This document shows, in pieces, positions 33,565 to 45,362 of a stretch of 64,000 nucleotides of DNA (positions within the stretch are counted from its first letter, which is position 1; every line of letters starts with the position of its first letter). Under the pieces are notes generated by a model. The model was given only the letters and a program-made list of their open reading frames with translations. It had not been told where the DNA came from and ran no database searches. The position numbers and the translations under genes are program-made. This DNA comes from Podospora anserina (Eukaryota), in the NCBI GenBank assembly GCA_017654855.1, contig CM030334.1:62001-126000 (forward strand). The letters are read 5' to 3'.

Positions 33565-36299
33565 TCAAGCAACGACACCCTCAACCCCGCCAAGAAATCT
33601 CCTGACTCTTCCAAGTTCAAGCTCGCCCTTCTCCGACTCGACGGCTTTCGTCAAAGTTTCGAGCAGCCGGTCGACTTCTGCCTCTGGCCGGCGTGTGCAG
33701 AGTGAGACAAGTTTCCGGTACTGCAGCTCCCGCTGCTTGCTCCGCGCTTTCAGTCTACCAACCATGTGTCGTGTCTGCTCCCCTCTGGCGTGAACCGCCC
33801 TGATTCTGGCACGCAACACGGCGGCACTAGGGAGACGAGCAGCGGGATGTGGCTTGTCCGCGTCGGCGGCGAGGTGGCCGTCCACTCCGGTGTCGTCGGC
33901 TGCTTGCTGCTTTGCTTCGGTGAGAACCGCCCTGAGTTCGGCTGCCCAGTCCTGCTCAGGCCCAAGATTGTGGATGGAGACACGGTGTTGCTGTACGAGT
34001 TGACGAAGTCCCATTTCCTCCTCCTCACAGGCCAGCGCAAGGTTGGAGGCTTTTTGACGGGCGAGCTGCTGGGCAGTAAGCTTCTCTTGAAGAGCTTCTA
34101 GGTTGCGGCGAGCCTCGCCAACCTGGGCCGAGGTTGTGCGCAAAGATCCGTGAAGCGCGTCGATAGCGTCTTGCTTCTTCTTGAGTTCGCCCTGGAACTG
34201 AGAGGTTGACTCGTTGATAAGATGAGAGATGGCTGAGGTTTGAGTCAGTAAGGATGTCGCATGACGAGGCAAGGAAATGAACCCACAGTTGACAACCTCA
34301 TCGCTATTCTCCCTGCTCTTCTGTCTCGACCCCTGAGGAGCGTTTCTCTCCCCGGTCTCGCCACTGGCGGAGTGTCCATCTGCCAGCCCAATGCCAAAAT
34401 CCAAGGGACGTAAACCGGCGGTATTGGCGATTTCAGGGTCTGCGCCAACCTCGATGAGTTGTGAGATGATGCTTCGGTTGCCCACACGTGCTGCCACGTT
34501 CAGGGCTGTGTCACCTCGGTTGTCTTGTGCGTTGACAATCTCTCCCATGAACCGACCAATGTTCATTCTTGACGAGGCAAGCCCGTTGCTTCCATAAGTC
34601 TGGCTCTGACTGCTTGGATTGCTCCCTTGGCGGACCACCCACTCAAGTAAGCTCTCAAGGTAGTACCGGGTGCATACATTCCTACCCTGTACCGCACTGA
34701 CGAGGGCAATGTGATGCAGCACCGTCCTGCCCTTGTCATCTCTCACGTCCAGGGTACCGCCCAGGATGTCCAGAAGATCGGGGAAGCACCCGTGTTCCAT
34801 GGAATTGGTGGCATTACAGGCCCTCATCAGGGCCGTTTCTCCGGATGCGTTCACACGGAATGGACTGGATCCCGCCTCCACGAGGGCTCTCAGGAGCGGC
34901 ATCCGGGCAAGAGTGGCAGCCCAGATGAGGGCTGTGTTGCTCTGAGCATCAATGGGACCGTCAAGTTCTTGCGGGATCATGTTGCGGAGGATGCTCTTTT
35001 GGTTTTCGTCAGGGCCGGCCGTGTTGAGGAACAGCTGCATCAGCATGCTGCGTTTTGCCTCGGCCTCGGGAGCTGTTTCGTATGGCAGCGGACGCAGCGG
35101 ACCAGGAGCATACTCCGGCTCGTTCCGGGAATAGATGAACGACTCGTTCGGCTCGGTGGGTGACCCGGGAAAGTTCTCGGCGTAGGGGTTCATACTTGGA
35201 TATGTCGGGGTGAGCCCTCCAAAGCTGTGAGCGGGTGTGAGAATTCTTTGCCTCTTGCGCGCAGGCTCGACCGTCTCGTTGACCACCGGCTGTGTCTCTT
35301 GAGAACCAAAGGCAGATTCGGGGGCCCCATAGTTGGACACAAAACTGTGCTGGGAGTTTGGTGGGAAGTCACCAGCATCTTGCATGGACGGCTGGCGTTG
35401 GAAGCTGGGAGCGCGAGACGGAGGGTTGCGATTTCTGGGAGCGGGCGACTCGAACCTGGCTTTGCTAATAGCATTGATAGCATGGGATGCGGTCGACGAA
35501 ATGCTCTTGAAGAATGTGCCACCCTGTTGAACACCACCTCCGCGGCTCTCCTGAGAGCTTGCGTTGTACAGACGCTTCCGCTGGGCAGCCATGGCCTGTT
35601 CTTTTGTTGGCGTGTCGACATCGGGGGCGCTTCCTCCATCTTGGCCCCGCTTATGGGTGAGAAGTGCATGGAGCACCTCATGGACGCCATACTGACGGCA
35701 AACCTCGAGACCGCGTTCAAAAGGGATCCATGTGCCCTGGTATTTCCCGTAGCCACCCTGAACCTTTTCATGCTCGCCCGTCTGGATCTCCTTTTCCAAG
35801 ATTTTTGTCCGGCGTCCCTTTTCCACCCCTGCCACCTTTAGGATCTGTGTCGCATTGAGCCAGCCATCACTCTGACGGCGCATGACGGTGATGCCATTGG
35901 CTTCGGTTTCGTAGACACCAACACCCGAGTAGAGAGCCTGGAAAGAGTTAGTAGCTGTCCACACACCAGGAAGGGAATTCAGGATCCAAGACTAACCGAG
36001 TATATGGGCATAACATGCTCAGCGGGCTGTGGTGCTGGGTCGGTATACTGGCGATAGGAAGACTGCAAGTTGAGAGTCTGGGAGGAGGGTTGGCTCATGG
36101 AGAAGGGCTGCTGGGAGGAGGGCTGGGGGTACTGGTGAGACTGCTGCGAGGCGGTCATCTGTTGTGACAACTGCATAGTGGCAGCAGTCTGGGGAGGTGG
36201 AGGGGTGGGAGTGGGTATCAGAGCGGTGGAGGCGGGCCCAGAGAAGGACGGGCGATGGGAGGTGGCAGCGACAGAGGTTGCGACGGTTGCCGAGGCCAT
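33565..36299 (-). CDS. swi6: G1/S transcription factor subunit with KilA-N/APSES domain and ankyrin repeats (Swi6/Cdc10-like)
   Basis: VMRRQSDGWLNATQILKVAG...HEKVQGGYGKYQGTWIP, ankyrins (GETALMRA, GRTVLHHIA, GDTALNVAAR), C-terminal coiled coil and YRKLVSLCT. Introns 35938-35996 and 34233-34286. Confidence 0.85.
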
Positions 36300-36424
36300 T
36301 CAGCAGGCCATCCGGGGAAGAATACGATACGGTAAAGATATTATGTATGTATGGGGCGTGATTAAAGATATGCCTAAGTGTGATGTCGTGGTGGTTGTCG
36401 TCGATATTCTCGAGAGAGGGGGGG

Positions 36425-36483
36425 GAGGGCAGAGGGAGGAGGGCAGAGGGAGGAGGGCAGAGGGAGGAGGGCAGAGGGAGGAG
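36425..36483. repeat. 14-bp tandem repeat (GAGGGCAGAGGGAG) x4 upstream of the swi6-like gene
   Basis: Read directly from the sequence. Confidence 0.9.
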
Positions 36484-37004
36484 AGAAATCGGCCGTCTGT
36501 TGCGAGCGGTGGTGGGTCGTCGAGGAGAGATCGTACAATATAGCGACAGACCAAGCAGTTGGTCCAAGTAGTTGAAGCAAAGTATGGAGCAAAGATACGG
36601 ATAGAGTTCCTAATCAATTAAGACGTGTGATTTTCGTGTTCTTTCGCGCCTTGTCTTGCTGCGCGCCCTCTGTTCTCGTCGCGTGCCCTTCAATTACTCG
36701 GAAGCGAGGTGGGGCCACGTCTTGGCGCCGCACACTTCACGCGCCAGCCGCACAGACCATCCTCTTTTTTTCTTTTCTTTCTTTATCTTTGTTACCTTGC
36801 AGGTTGTGTTTTTCTTGCCTTTTTTTTAACCGTGCACCCGTTGAGCCTCGACTCCAGGTGGTCCAAGCTCCCACTGGAGACCATCATTCTTTTCGACGGC
36901 ACCTCTTCCCAACTCTTCTCCTATGCACAGCAGTGGAAGCACTCACTGCCTGCTTCATCAGCTAGCCATGGCACGGGAGCCTGGGTGATTTGATTCTCCG
37001 CAAC

Positions 37005-38123
37005 ATGTCCCGACCACTTCAATTACCCCCTCCAACGACCACTCTTGGCCTCTATCGACAGCTCCTCCGCGAATCGTCATACCTGCCTTCGCTGGCCCGT
37101 CCACATGTCGATCACCAGATCAAGGACCGCTTCCGTCGATATCAGAAGGGCCACGTTGACAATGGCCGCCTTCGAAAGAAGCTCAAGGATGCCCATCATG
37201 AGCTCCGAGTCTTGCGCGCTGCCAATGCCGGAGACATGAACCGGATGCAGAAGATTCTGCTCAAAGCTTTTGGCCGCACTGGCAGTCGACGCCGGGACCT
37301 CTTTAGCAATCTGGTACGACGCCCGCCCCCAGCTACCACCGAGGAACTGGAAGCACAAGTGAGCGGTACCCGAGCGTGGAGCTTTGATAGGGATCCAGAC
37401 TGGCTGGATGGGTGGGATACCGAGGCCCTTCTTGCATTTGCCAAGGTCCAGGCAAAAACAAGTCTTCCATCCTCTCCCAGAGGGCCCCTGCTTCCCAAGC
37501 ACGCCGTCTCGCCAGACAAGGATATCCCAAAGGAGAATGTGTACGGCAATCCGTTCCCGGAAAAGGTGGCGAGAACGAAGGTCAGGAAGCTCTATGCCAG
37601 CCTGGCCGACCGAGTACTTCCTCCGTTGCCAGAATCCGAATGGGACAGGCTTGCTCTGGTGGCCGAAGGGAAATTTGAGGAGGCCGGATGGTATGTACCC
37701 TCTCGGAGGTCTGCCGCGAAGAGTTTGGCAGGAGATGCCGACGCGCAAGCAGGCGAGTGGAAATGGCAGCTCTACGCTACGAGGCCGGTTGGCCTGGTTG
37801 ATGTTGCACAAAATAAGAAGCAAAGGTTGCTCAGCGGGGCTTTGGATGAGAACACGCCACACGGGAACACCCAGCCAGTGGACCGTCACATATACACAGC
37901 CAAATTCTGGAAACGTCTCGTCAAGTCGATATGGCTCCTCACTGCAAAGGGGACGCGGGACCCAGAAAGGGGTGGCTATCGTGTCACTTGGGCGAGGGCA
38001 CCTTTCCAGGCTCCAACAGCAACAACCTCTGGGATGGAATTTTTTGAGTCCCTGCCAGTCGACGCATCGCTCAGCAACAAAACCAAGGGCCCAAAAAAGA
38101 GGGGACGGAAATCGGCACGATAA
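37005..38123 (+). CDS. LYR-motif protein (Cup1-like, probably mitochondrial)
   Basis: N-terminal LYRQLLRESSYLP...IKDRF and LLKAFGRTGSRRR. Intronless ORF. Confidence 0.7.
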   Translation: MSRPLQLPPPTTTLGLYRQLLRESSYLPSLARPHVDHQIKDRFRRYQKGHVDNGRLRKKLKDAHHELRVLRAANAGDMNRMQKILLKAFGRTGSRRRDLFSNLVRRPPPATTEELEAQVSGTRAWSFDRDPDWLDGWDTEALLAFAKVQAKTSLPSSPRGPLLPKHAVSPDKDIPKENVYGNPFPEKVARTKVRKLYASLADRVLPPLPESEWDRLALVAEGKFEEAGWYVPSRRSAAKSLAGDADAQAGEWKWQLYATRPVGLVDVAQNKKQRLLSGALDENTPHGNTQPVDRHIYTAKFWKRLVKSIWLLTAKGTRDPERGGYRVTWARAPFQAPTATTSGMEFFESLPVDASLSNKTKGPKKRGRKSAR

Positions 38124-38130
38124 GGCTCTC

Positions 38131-38761
38131 TTAGTCCAAAAGTGCTGCCAACTTATTCAACCCCTCGCCGTCAACACGCATGCCAACCCACTCGCTCATC
38201 ATATTGGCGCCAATGCTTTCGTAGAACTTGATGGAGGGTTCGTTCCACTTGAGCACACTCCACTCAAGCCGCCCTCCCTTTAAGGCCACGACTTCCTTGG
38301 CCAACTCGACTAGCAGTCTCTTGCCGTACCCCTTTTTGCGCTCGCTCTGCTTGACGTAGAGATCTTCGAGGTAGATGCCGGGGCGGGCGCGCCAGGTGCT
38401 ATAGTTGTAGAAATACAGCGCGATACCAGCGGGAATGCCTTGGGGGCTCAGGAGGATCAGGCAGCGGGCTGGTTTGTTTGAGGATGTCGACTCGGTTTCG
38501 TCGGCAGCAGGAACGGTAGATGTGGACGAGGAGGGGGCAAAGGCGATGGTACATAGTAGTTTTTCCTCGGTGGCTTCGACGCTGCTGAGCTCGTGTTCAT
38601 AATCGGCGAGTTCACGGATCAGCTCGAGGATGGCGGGAACATCTGTGTTGTGCCAGTCAATACCAAGCTTGTGTGACGGTGTATTCCGGGCTGGAACAGC
38701 TGCAATCGGTGGGAAACATACCCTCGCGTCTAGCGTGACGAACAATTGGATCTGGAGACAT
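38131..38761 (-). CDS. GNAT N-acetyltransferase (Ats1/spermidine acetyltransferase-like), 2 exons
   Basis: MSPDPIVRHARRE|DVPAILELIRELADYE across intron 38643-38721. YFYNYSTWRARPGIYLEDLYV...RKKGYG...RLEWSVLKWNEPSIKFY. Confidence 0.9.
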
Positions 38762-39263
38762 GTTGTACATACGCTGAGCTTCTGTGTCTTGTGGAAGACC
38801 ATCGAGTCAATAATGCCCCGCACTATAACAAGCTCCGTGGTGGGGTCAATTGGATAAATCAATTAGGTACCACCAACCCAAGGGCGCGCCTATCCATTGA
38901 CAGTGTTGACCGCGTGTACCTGGGGATGTGGGGATCTGATCTGAGCTGATCTGATCACCAGTTCATCCTCAGCATGTGTGTAAACTACTGGGTCGTCTCT
39001 TGACATGGCTTGTGCGATTTTGTGTTCTGCTTACTCCAATCAACGACCCCGCCATCCATTTCCGATCCCTCACCGCACGCTGCAGAGTGTGTCTGTTCGG
39101 GCACACAGCACACCACACCGGGGAATTCCGTTTCCCTTTAACAACCTCCCCATGAGCTCTGCTTTTACCCCTCTGACATCATCCCCCTCTGTACTGTACT
39201 GAAGCATTCTTACCACCCATCAGTCAAGGCATACTCATCTGATCTTGGCCAATCACCAGCAAA

Positions 39264-41327
39264 ATGAGTGCATCTCACACCCCCACCGCCGAACCAACCG
39301 TCACCTTTGCCTCGGGCCGTGACACGGTCAATGACCCCCCCGACGTCCGCATCCTCCACTACAACGATGTCTACCACCTCGACTCCTCCTCAGCCGAACC
39401 CGCCGGAGGCGTCTCCCGCTTCATGACAGTAGTAAAAGAATACCGCTGCCCGCCCCAGCCCAACAACAACCTCCCCGACCTCGTCCCCCTGTTCTCGGGG
39501 GACGTCTTCAACCCCTCTCTTGAATCCTCCATCACCAAAGGCTCCCACATGGTCCCCATCCTGAACAACATCGGCACCCTCGCCACCTGCGTGGGGAACC
39601 ACGACCTGGATTTTGGGGTCAGGCAGTTTCGCTATCTATCTTCCAAGTGCCGCTTCCCCTGGCTCCTCGCCAACGTCCTTGATCCTGCTTTGGGCGAAGG
39701 GGTCCCACTGGGTAACGCGAAGAAGACCCACATGATCACCACGTCAAACGGGATCAAGATTGGGCTGATCGGTCTCGGGGAAAGGGAGTGGTTGGACACG
39801 ATCAACTCCCTTCCGCCTGATATCGTTTACCGGTCGGCCAGTGAGGTGGCGCAGGAGCTGGTGCCGGAGCTGAAGGAGCAAGGCGCTGACGTGATTATCG
39901 CGCTCACTCATCAAAGAGAGCCAAACGACAACAAGCTTGCGAGGAATCTGGGAGGGGGCATGATTGATCTTATTCTGGGCGGGCACGACCACTTTTATGC
40001 GCATAGTTACATCAACGGGACCCATGTGCTGAGATCAGGGGCGGATTTTAAACAGCTGAGTTATATCGAGCTGAGGCGGAATCAGGACCTGGAAGGGACG
40101 GCCAAGAAGTGGGACGTGGATATTGTTCGGAGGGACATTGTACGAGCGATCAAGAAGGATCAGGAGACGGAGAAGCTGGTCGAGGGCTTGACGGCGAAGC
40201 TTAAGAAGAGTCTGGAGAAGCCGATTGGGTGGACGGCGGAGCCGTTGGATGCGCGGTTTACGACTGTGAGGACGAGAGAGTCGAACATTGGGAATTGGGT
40301 TTGTGATATCATGAGGGGGCATTACGGGGCGGACTGTGCGCTGATGGCGGCGGGGACGATAAGGGGGGATCAAATCTACTCGCCGGGCCCGGTTAGGGTG
40401 AAGGATGTGACGGATTGTTTCCCGTTTGAGGATCCGGTGGTGGTGATCAAGGCGGCGGGGAGGAATATCTGGGACGCGCTGGAGAACGGGGTGAGTTTGT
40501 ACCCGGCGCTGGAGGGGAGGTTTCCGCAGGTGTCGAATATCAAGTTTAGGTTTGACCCTTCGCTGCCGGTGGGGGAGAGGGTGTTGAGGGTGGAGATTGG
40601 CGGTCAGCCGCTGGATAAGGAGAAGGTCTATGTCATGGCTACTAGAGGGTATATGGCCAGAGGAAAGGATGGGTACAAAGCCTTGCTGATCCAATCCGAG
40701 GGTGGTGATTGCGAGGAGGTTGTTTCGGAAGAGAACGGCATCTTGATCTCAGCGATGCTGAGGCAGTATTTTATGGCGCTGACCGTCATGAACAAGTGGG
40801 CCAGATGGGGTCCATCATTGGCAAGACATTGGTTTGTTTCCCCCTTTACTCGGACGCGCAGAGCCGTCAGAAAACTAACAGGACATCAAAATAGGGACAA
40901 GGTGGTACAAGAGACTTCCTCCAGCTGTCCCACTTTGCCAGCGTCACCAACCGAGACCCGCCAGCCAGGAGACAGGAGAAAACACGGCGACACCACCAAC
41001 AACTCGCACAAGGGATGGGACTATTTCACACCTGCCAAACTCCGAGAAAGGAGATCAAGCGTCAGCCCCTTGGTTGGTCACGCAGAAGACGACTCGTCCG
41101 ACGAAGAGTCACCGGATGAGGACGTACACCGGACCGAAGTCAGAGACACTGACAGGGAGCTGAGGGTGATGCGCAAGTTCTTTAGGAAGTGGTGTCGTAT
41201 TGCGGGTGTTGATGATGGCAAGGACTGCGTGGAGGGGCTCAAGGACAGCGAGGGTGAGGTTAGCTGGACACGGGCGATTAAACCCAAGTTCGAGGGGAGG
41301 ATTGTGATGGTCGCTTCTCAAGCTTAG
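39264..41327 (+). CDS. 5'-nucleotidase family metallophosphoesterase
   Basis: HYNDVYH, FSGDVF, GNHDLDFG, LTHQ, LGGHDH, and C-terminal ESNIGNWVCD, GTIRGD, GRFPQVS. Probable 63-nt intron 40832-40894. Confidence 0.92.
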   Translation: MSASHTPTAEPTVTFASGRDTVNDPPDVRILHYNDVYHLDSSSAEPAGGVSRFMTVVKEYRCPPQPNNNLPDLVPLFSGDVFNPSLESSITKGSHMVPILNNIGTLATCVGNHDLDFGVRQFRYLSSKCRFPWLLANVLDPALGEGVPLGNAKKTHMITTSNGIKIGLIGLGEREWLDTINSLPPDIVYRSASEVAQELVPELKEQGADVIIALTHQREPNDNKLARNLGGGMIDLILGGHDHFYAHSYINGTHVLRSGADFKQLSYIELRRNQDLEGTAKKWDVDIVRRDIVRAIKKDQETEKLVEGLTAKLKKSLEKPIGWTAEPLDARFTTVRTRESNIGNWVCDIMRGHYGADCALMAAGTIRGDQIYSPGPVRVKDVTDCFPFEDPVVVIKAAGRNIWDALENGVSLYPALEGRFPQVSNIKFRFDPSLPVGERVLRVEIGGQPLDKEKVYVMATRGYMARGKDGYKALLIQSEGGDCEEVVSEENGILISAMLRQYFMALTVMNKWARWGPSLARHWFVSPFTRTRRAVRKLTGHQNRDKVVQETSSSCPTLPASPTETRQPGDRRKHGDTTNNSHKGWDYFTPAKLRERRSSVSPLVGHAEDDSSDEESPDEDVHRTEVRDTDRELRVMRKFFRKWCRIAGVDDGKDCVEGLKDSEGEVSWTRAIKPKFEGRIVMVASQA

Positions 41328-43708
41328 AGTTGCACTTCAAGATTCGCTCAAACACTGGGCTTTTGGATACCTTGTCGGAGAGACCATAGAAAGAACGGCG
41401 AGGATCTGCGAAACAATGGGCATGTTGCTTTTGTCTTGTTTGGTACGTATGCACGTAGGTGGATGTGTATCATGAGCTGCATGTGCTGTGACATTCCGTG
41501 CTTCACGTATTAAAATAGCCTTGTCAGGGCCATCGACTGAGGGGGAAATTACCGAGGGTGTGCTGTAGTCTTTGCACATGACAGCTTGGCAGTTGATGCA
41601 GACATTTTGGGGGGGTAGACGATCCAGCTCAGTTGATGATAAAATTCTTCCTCACAATTGAGGTGTCAGTGACTTGATAATACAATATGGGCCAATCTTG
41701 CACCTTGCCCGGCCCAAACCGATGAACAGACGGGATCTCGGGCCTGGCTTCACCCCGCGTTTTCCTTTCCAAGTTGCAGGTGGACCACCTCACTGACCCC
41801 GCCGGGCTCCCCCCTGAATTCCACGTGCATATTGTCGCCCAGACACCGAACTGAACCAGCCCCCCGGCGGCGTGCGAGCGTTGATCCTTTGGGCAGCATG
41901 GCCCGGATACTCCGACCTACTAATGGAAGAAAAGCATGCCGAAGAGAATGGAAAGATATTGACAGGCAAGTTGGACTTGATATGTATTGCAATAACAAAC
42001 CCAAAAGGATGTGATGAACTTCGAAGCGAGGACGTTGCTGAATCCGAGCTTCTTGAGTTCTTGGTCTATCCCGTTTTCTTTCTTTTTTTCTTTCCTTTTT
42101 TTTTTGTTTCTTGGCCCTCTCGGGCTGCAAGTGTGTGCCGCATCGCGCTAGTTCCCGTCAAATACACGCCACGCATATTGCTTCCATATCAGTTTCTAGA
42201 GCATTGGCAACGGGTTGCCCAGGGAATTGTCCACCAGGTGGTCCATACATATACAACTGCCTGTGTGAGCCAATTTGTTTCACACCCTCGATCTTTTCTC
42301 CCTGATGAGGTTTGGTGTCTGCTCATAGTCTTGAGCCCGGGCGGCCATGTTATCTATCCATTGTTCCGTTAGCCGGAGTGGAGCCTGCCCGGCGTAGGTG
42401 GAGCCGCAGTAACGCTGGAGATGTTGAGGATGCCGTGGATTCTCGGAGAAGAAACTCCTCTTTCCGCCTCTCTCTCCGTCTCCAGTCTTCTTCTCCACGA
42501 TCCGCATGGAGCCGTGGAATCTGTCAAAATCGTTCAAAAGATTGGAGAAAGCGGGGCCTCTCGGGTCAGGAAAAAGAAAGCGTGATCAATCGATTGTGAG
42601 CGACGAGACGCGCCATGACGGGCAAGGCCGTGCGTATCTTTTCTGAATGATATCCAAGAAACGCTAGCTTACGAGTTCATAGCCGGTGTTAGGTAGCGAG
42701 TTGTAAGCTGCAGCGATAGGCTCATCAATGTCCCGGTACTCGAAGGGGAAACTGGCTTGGGTGGATGTTTGAGATTGACAGCCACAGATGGGTTCAGGGG
42801 TACTGTTGGTCACCGTGACATTTTCTGCGCAGTGTGAGGGTACCAGCCGCCTGGTGAGGTGAGGCATTTGGGAGGGTCCCCGGTTTTCTTCACGCCCGGA
42901 GCGCCCTCGAGCATTGGCAATCGGCGGGTCTGTCGCATCTTGAGAGATGAAGAAGCCGATGCTGGGCCCTTGGCTCGACAGCCAGCAACAGAGGCTCTTG
43001 CAGTTGGGGGCAAAGCGAAGCCGGGGATCACCCTGTTGTTATCCCAACGTCTCTCAACAAGCGAGAGAACGACCGACACAAAACTGGTTAGCTCACCTGG
43101 CTGCAGCATTCGGGTGCGATTTTCAAGCTGGTCGTCGACTGGCGAATGGGGGCCAAGCCGCCGTGTCGAAGGTGACATCGATTGGCATCCCGCTAGTGTT
43201 GGTGGTTTTTTTCTCCGTTACCTCTTCTGGAGGATCTGACTGTCGCGTCGATAAATGGTGAAAAGCACAAGGGGGCGGTGGGGGGAATTAGTGTGAGGAA
43301 GATTGTCTGTGTGCCCCCATGAGTGCAACGTCCAGCAAACGAGTGCCAAATATGGACGCGGTATATATGAGGGCCAGCCTTCCCCGGAATCCCTTACAGA
43401 ACGGTTCCTCTCCTCTGGGCTTTCTGGTTCCCGTTTCCTTCTTTTGATATTCCTTTATTCAGCCTTGTAGGCGACAATCACCTGCAGCCACAGGCCATCC
43501 CGTCTTGTCCCGGTTTTCTGTCCTTCACATCCCCATCGACTTTGTACATACATAGGTACATCAACACCAACCGGGCAGGGAGATCACCGGCGCGAATCTC
43601 GCATTCTTCTCGACCGCAAGGTCGGGGAAAGAAAGAGGTCCACGCTAAAGAAACTGGATTCGGGGATCACTACGATTTGGGCGGGCAAGGGACGACAACC
43701 CAGGCGCC

Positions 43709-44982
43709 ATGAGACTACCACCACCCGAGGTCAGAGCCAGCTGGCCTCCAGCCAATTATGAGAATCCTGAGACGAGAGGTCCGGCTCTTCTGATCATCCA
43801 GCTCATCATGCTTCCCATCGCCCTCATCGTTCTACTCCTCCGTTTCTACGTCCGTATCAGCATCATGGGCAAGGTCGAATCCGACGATTGGTTTATGGTG
43901 GCCGCCGCTGTATGTTTTATATGCCCCTATTCTCGGAGTAGCTTTGGCAGGATGTGACCGTTTTCTGACCTGACTGGTACCTAGCTGTGCGGAACGGGAG
44001 TAACAGTGTGCGTCATTCTGGCGTCCTCCCTGTACGGCTGGAGCCTTCATATCTGGGATCTCAAGTATGAGACCATCGTATCCAACCGCAAGGTGTCCAT
44101 GGCCGTGCAGGCTCTATTTGTCTTCGCGACCAGCTTTGCCAAGGTGTCTATCCTGATCAGCTACCTCCGTCTTGCGCCCCAAGGGTCGTGGTTCCGAAAG
44201 CTCACTCGTGCGTTGTTCTCTTGCCGTTCTGGTAGTACGTTGGTCGTTGATATGGTGCTGACATGACCACAACAGAGGGCACCATTGCGTTTGTCGCCCT
44301 GTTCAACTCAGCCTTCATCGTCGTCCTCTTCACCCAATGCCGGCCAACATCTTCCTACTGGAACATCATCTTCAGCAAGTCAGACTGCGTCCCCGAGGGC
44401 CCGCCGCTCATAACCCAGGCGTCCCTGACCGTGTTGTCCGATTTCTTGGTCTGGATTTTGCCACTGCCGACCTTGTACAAGGCCCGTCTCCCGCTCTCGC
44501 AACGCATCGCGCTCATCGTCCTATTCTCGTTTGGGGGCGTGGTTGTCATTGGGGCCATTTTGCGACTGTACTGGATCTGGCATGTGGTGGAAAGGACATA
44601 CGACGTGACTTGGGAGGGGTTTCACCTCTGGATCTGGACGGCCGTCGAGGTGCATTTGGGAGTTATTTGCGGTTGCGTGCCATGGTTGAAGTCGCTGGTC
44701 AAGTTCTGGAAGAACGGGGGCTCGACGGCGGCGGGATATTCCCACAACCGAGCCGGGAGTAGGAGTCTGGGCAAGATGACTGCGGGCAGCAAAGGGGGGA
44801 AGCTGAACGGGGAAGAGGAGGGTGCCGATTTCAGGTGTGACCGGGGGGCTGTGTTTCGGATGGTGAGCGTCAATGGCAAGAAGCTGGACGGCGATGCGTA
44901 CATGGACCTGGACAGCTACGACGGCAGCAGTACCGCGAAGCTGGACGTCGAGGCAGAGCAAGGCCCAGCTGCCCGGAAGTAG
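43709..44982 (+). CDS. Pth11-like integral membrane receptor (fungal rhodopsin domain, no CFEM), 3 exons
   Basis: WPPANYENP, LRFYVR...DDW, AKVSILISYLRL, QCRP, DFLVWILPLP, WTAVEVHLGVICGCVP. Confidence 0.88.
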
Positions 44983-45362
44983 ATTGGCAGAACGATGCCT
45001 AACCACCTGTTGTAATTAAACACCGACAGCGTCAATGTATCCATCCTTGTTATTTTCTTTTTTGTTTTGTTCACAGACACTACCCCAGATTGCCGGCGCG
45101 GCAGTTGAGGCAGCGGAGAAGTGGAGGCTCAAACGGCGCACTCGCTAAAAGAGACCGAAAAGGAAGTGGCCGAAGAAGAGGGGCGTCAACCCTGCCGACC
45201 CTGCCGTTGAGCCGTGGCCGGGTTTCATTGCCGATGGAGCTGTGTTGCATCGCTCACTGAGAAATCGATAGCCGACCTTCTGGATGAGGCCGAGTTTGCG
45301 GGCGCAACAGAAGCAGAGTCTGTTCACTGTAACTGTGTCATCTCACCTCCAAAAATCAGCAC

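Noticed and set aside
41750..43260. Short ORFs, possibly a decayed minus-strand gene
   Set aside because: Could not assemble a gene model or recognise a domain; HET motifs were checked by eye and are absent.
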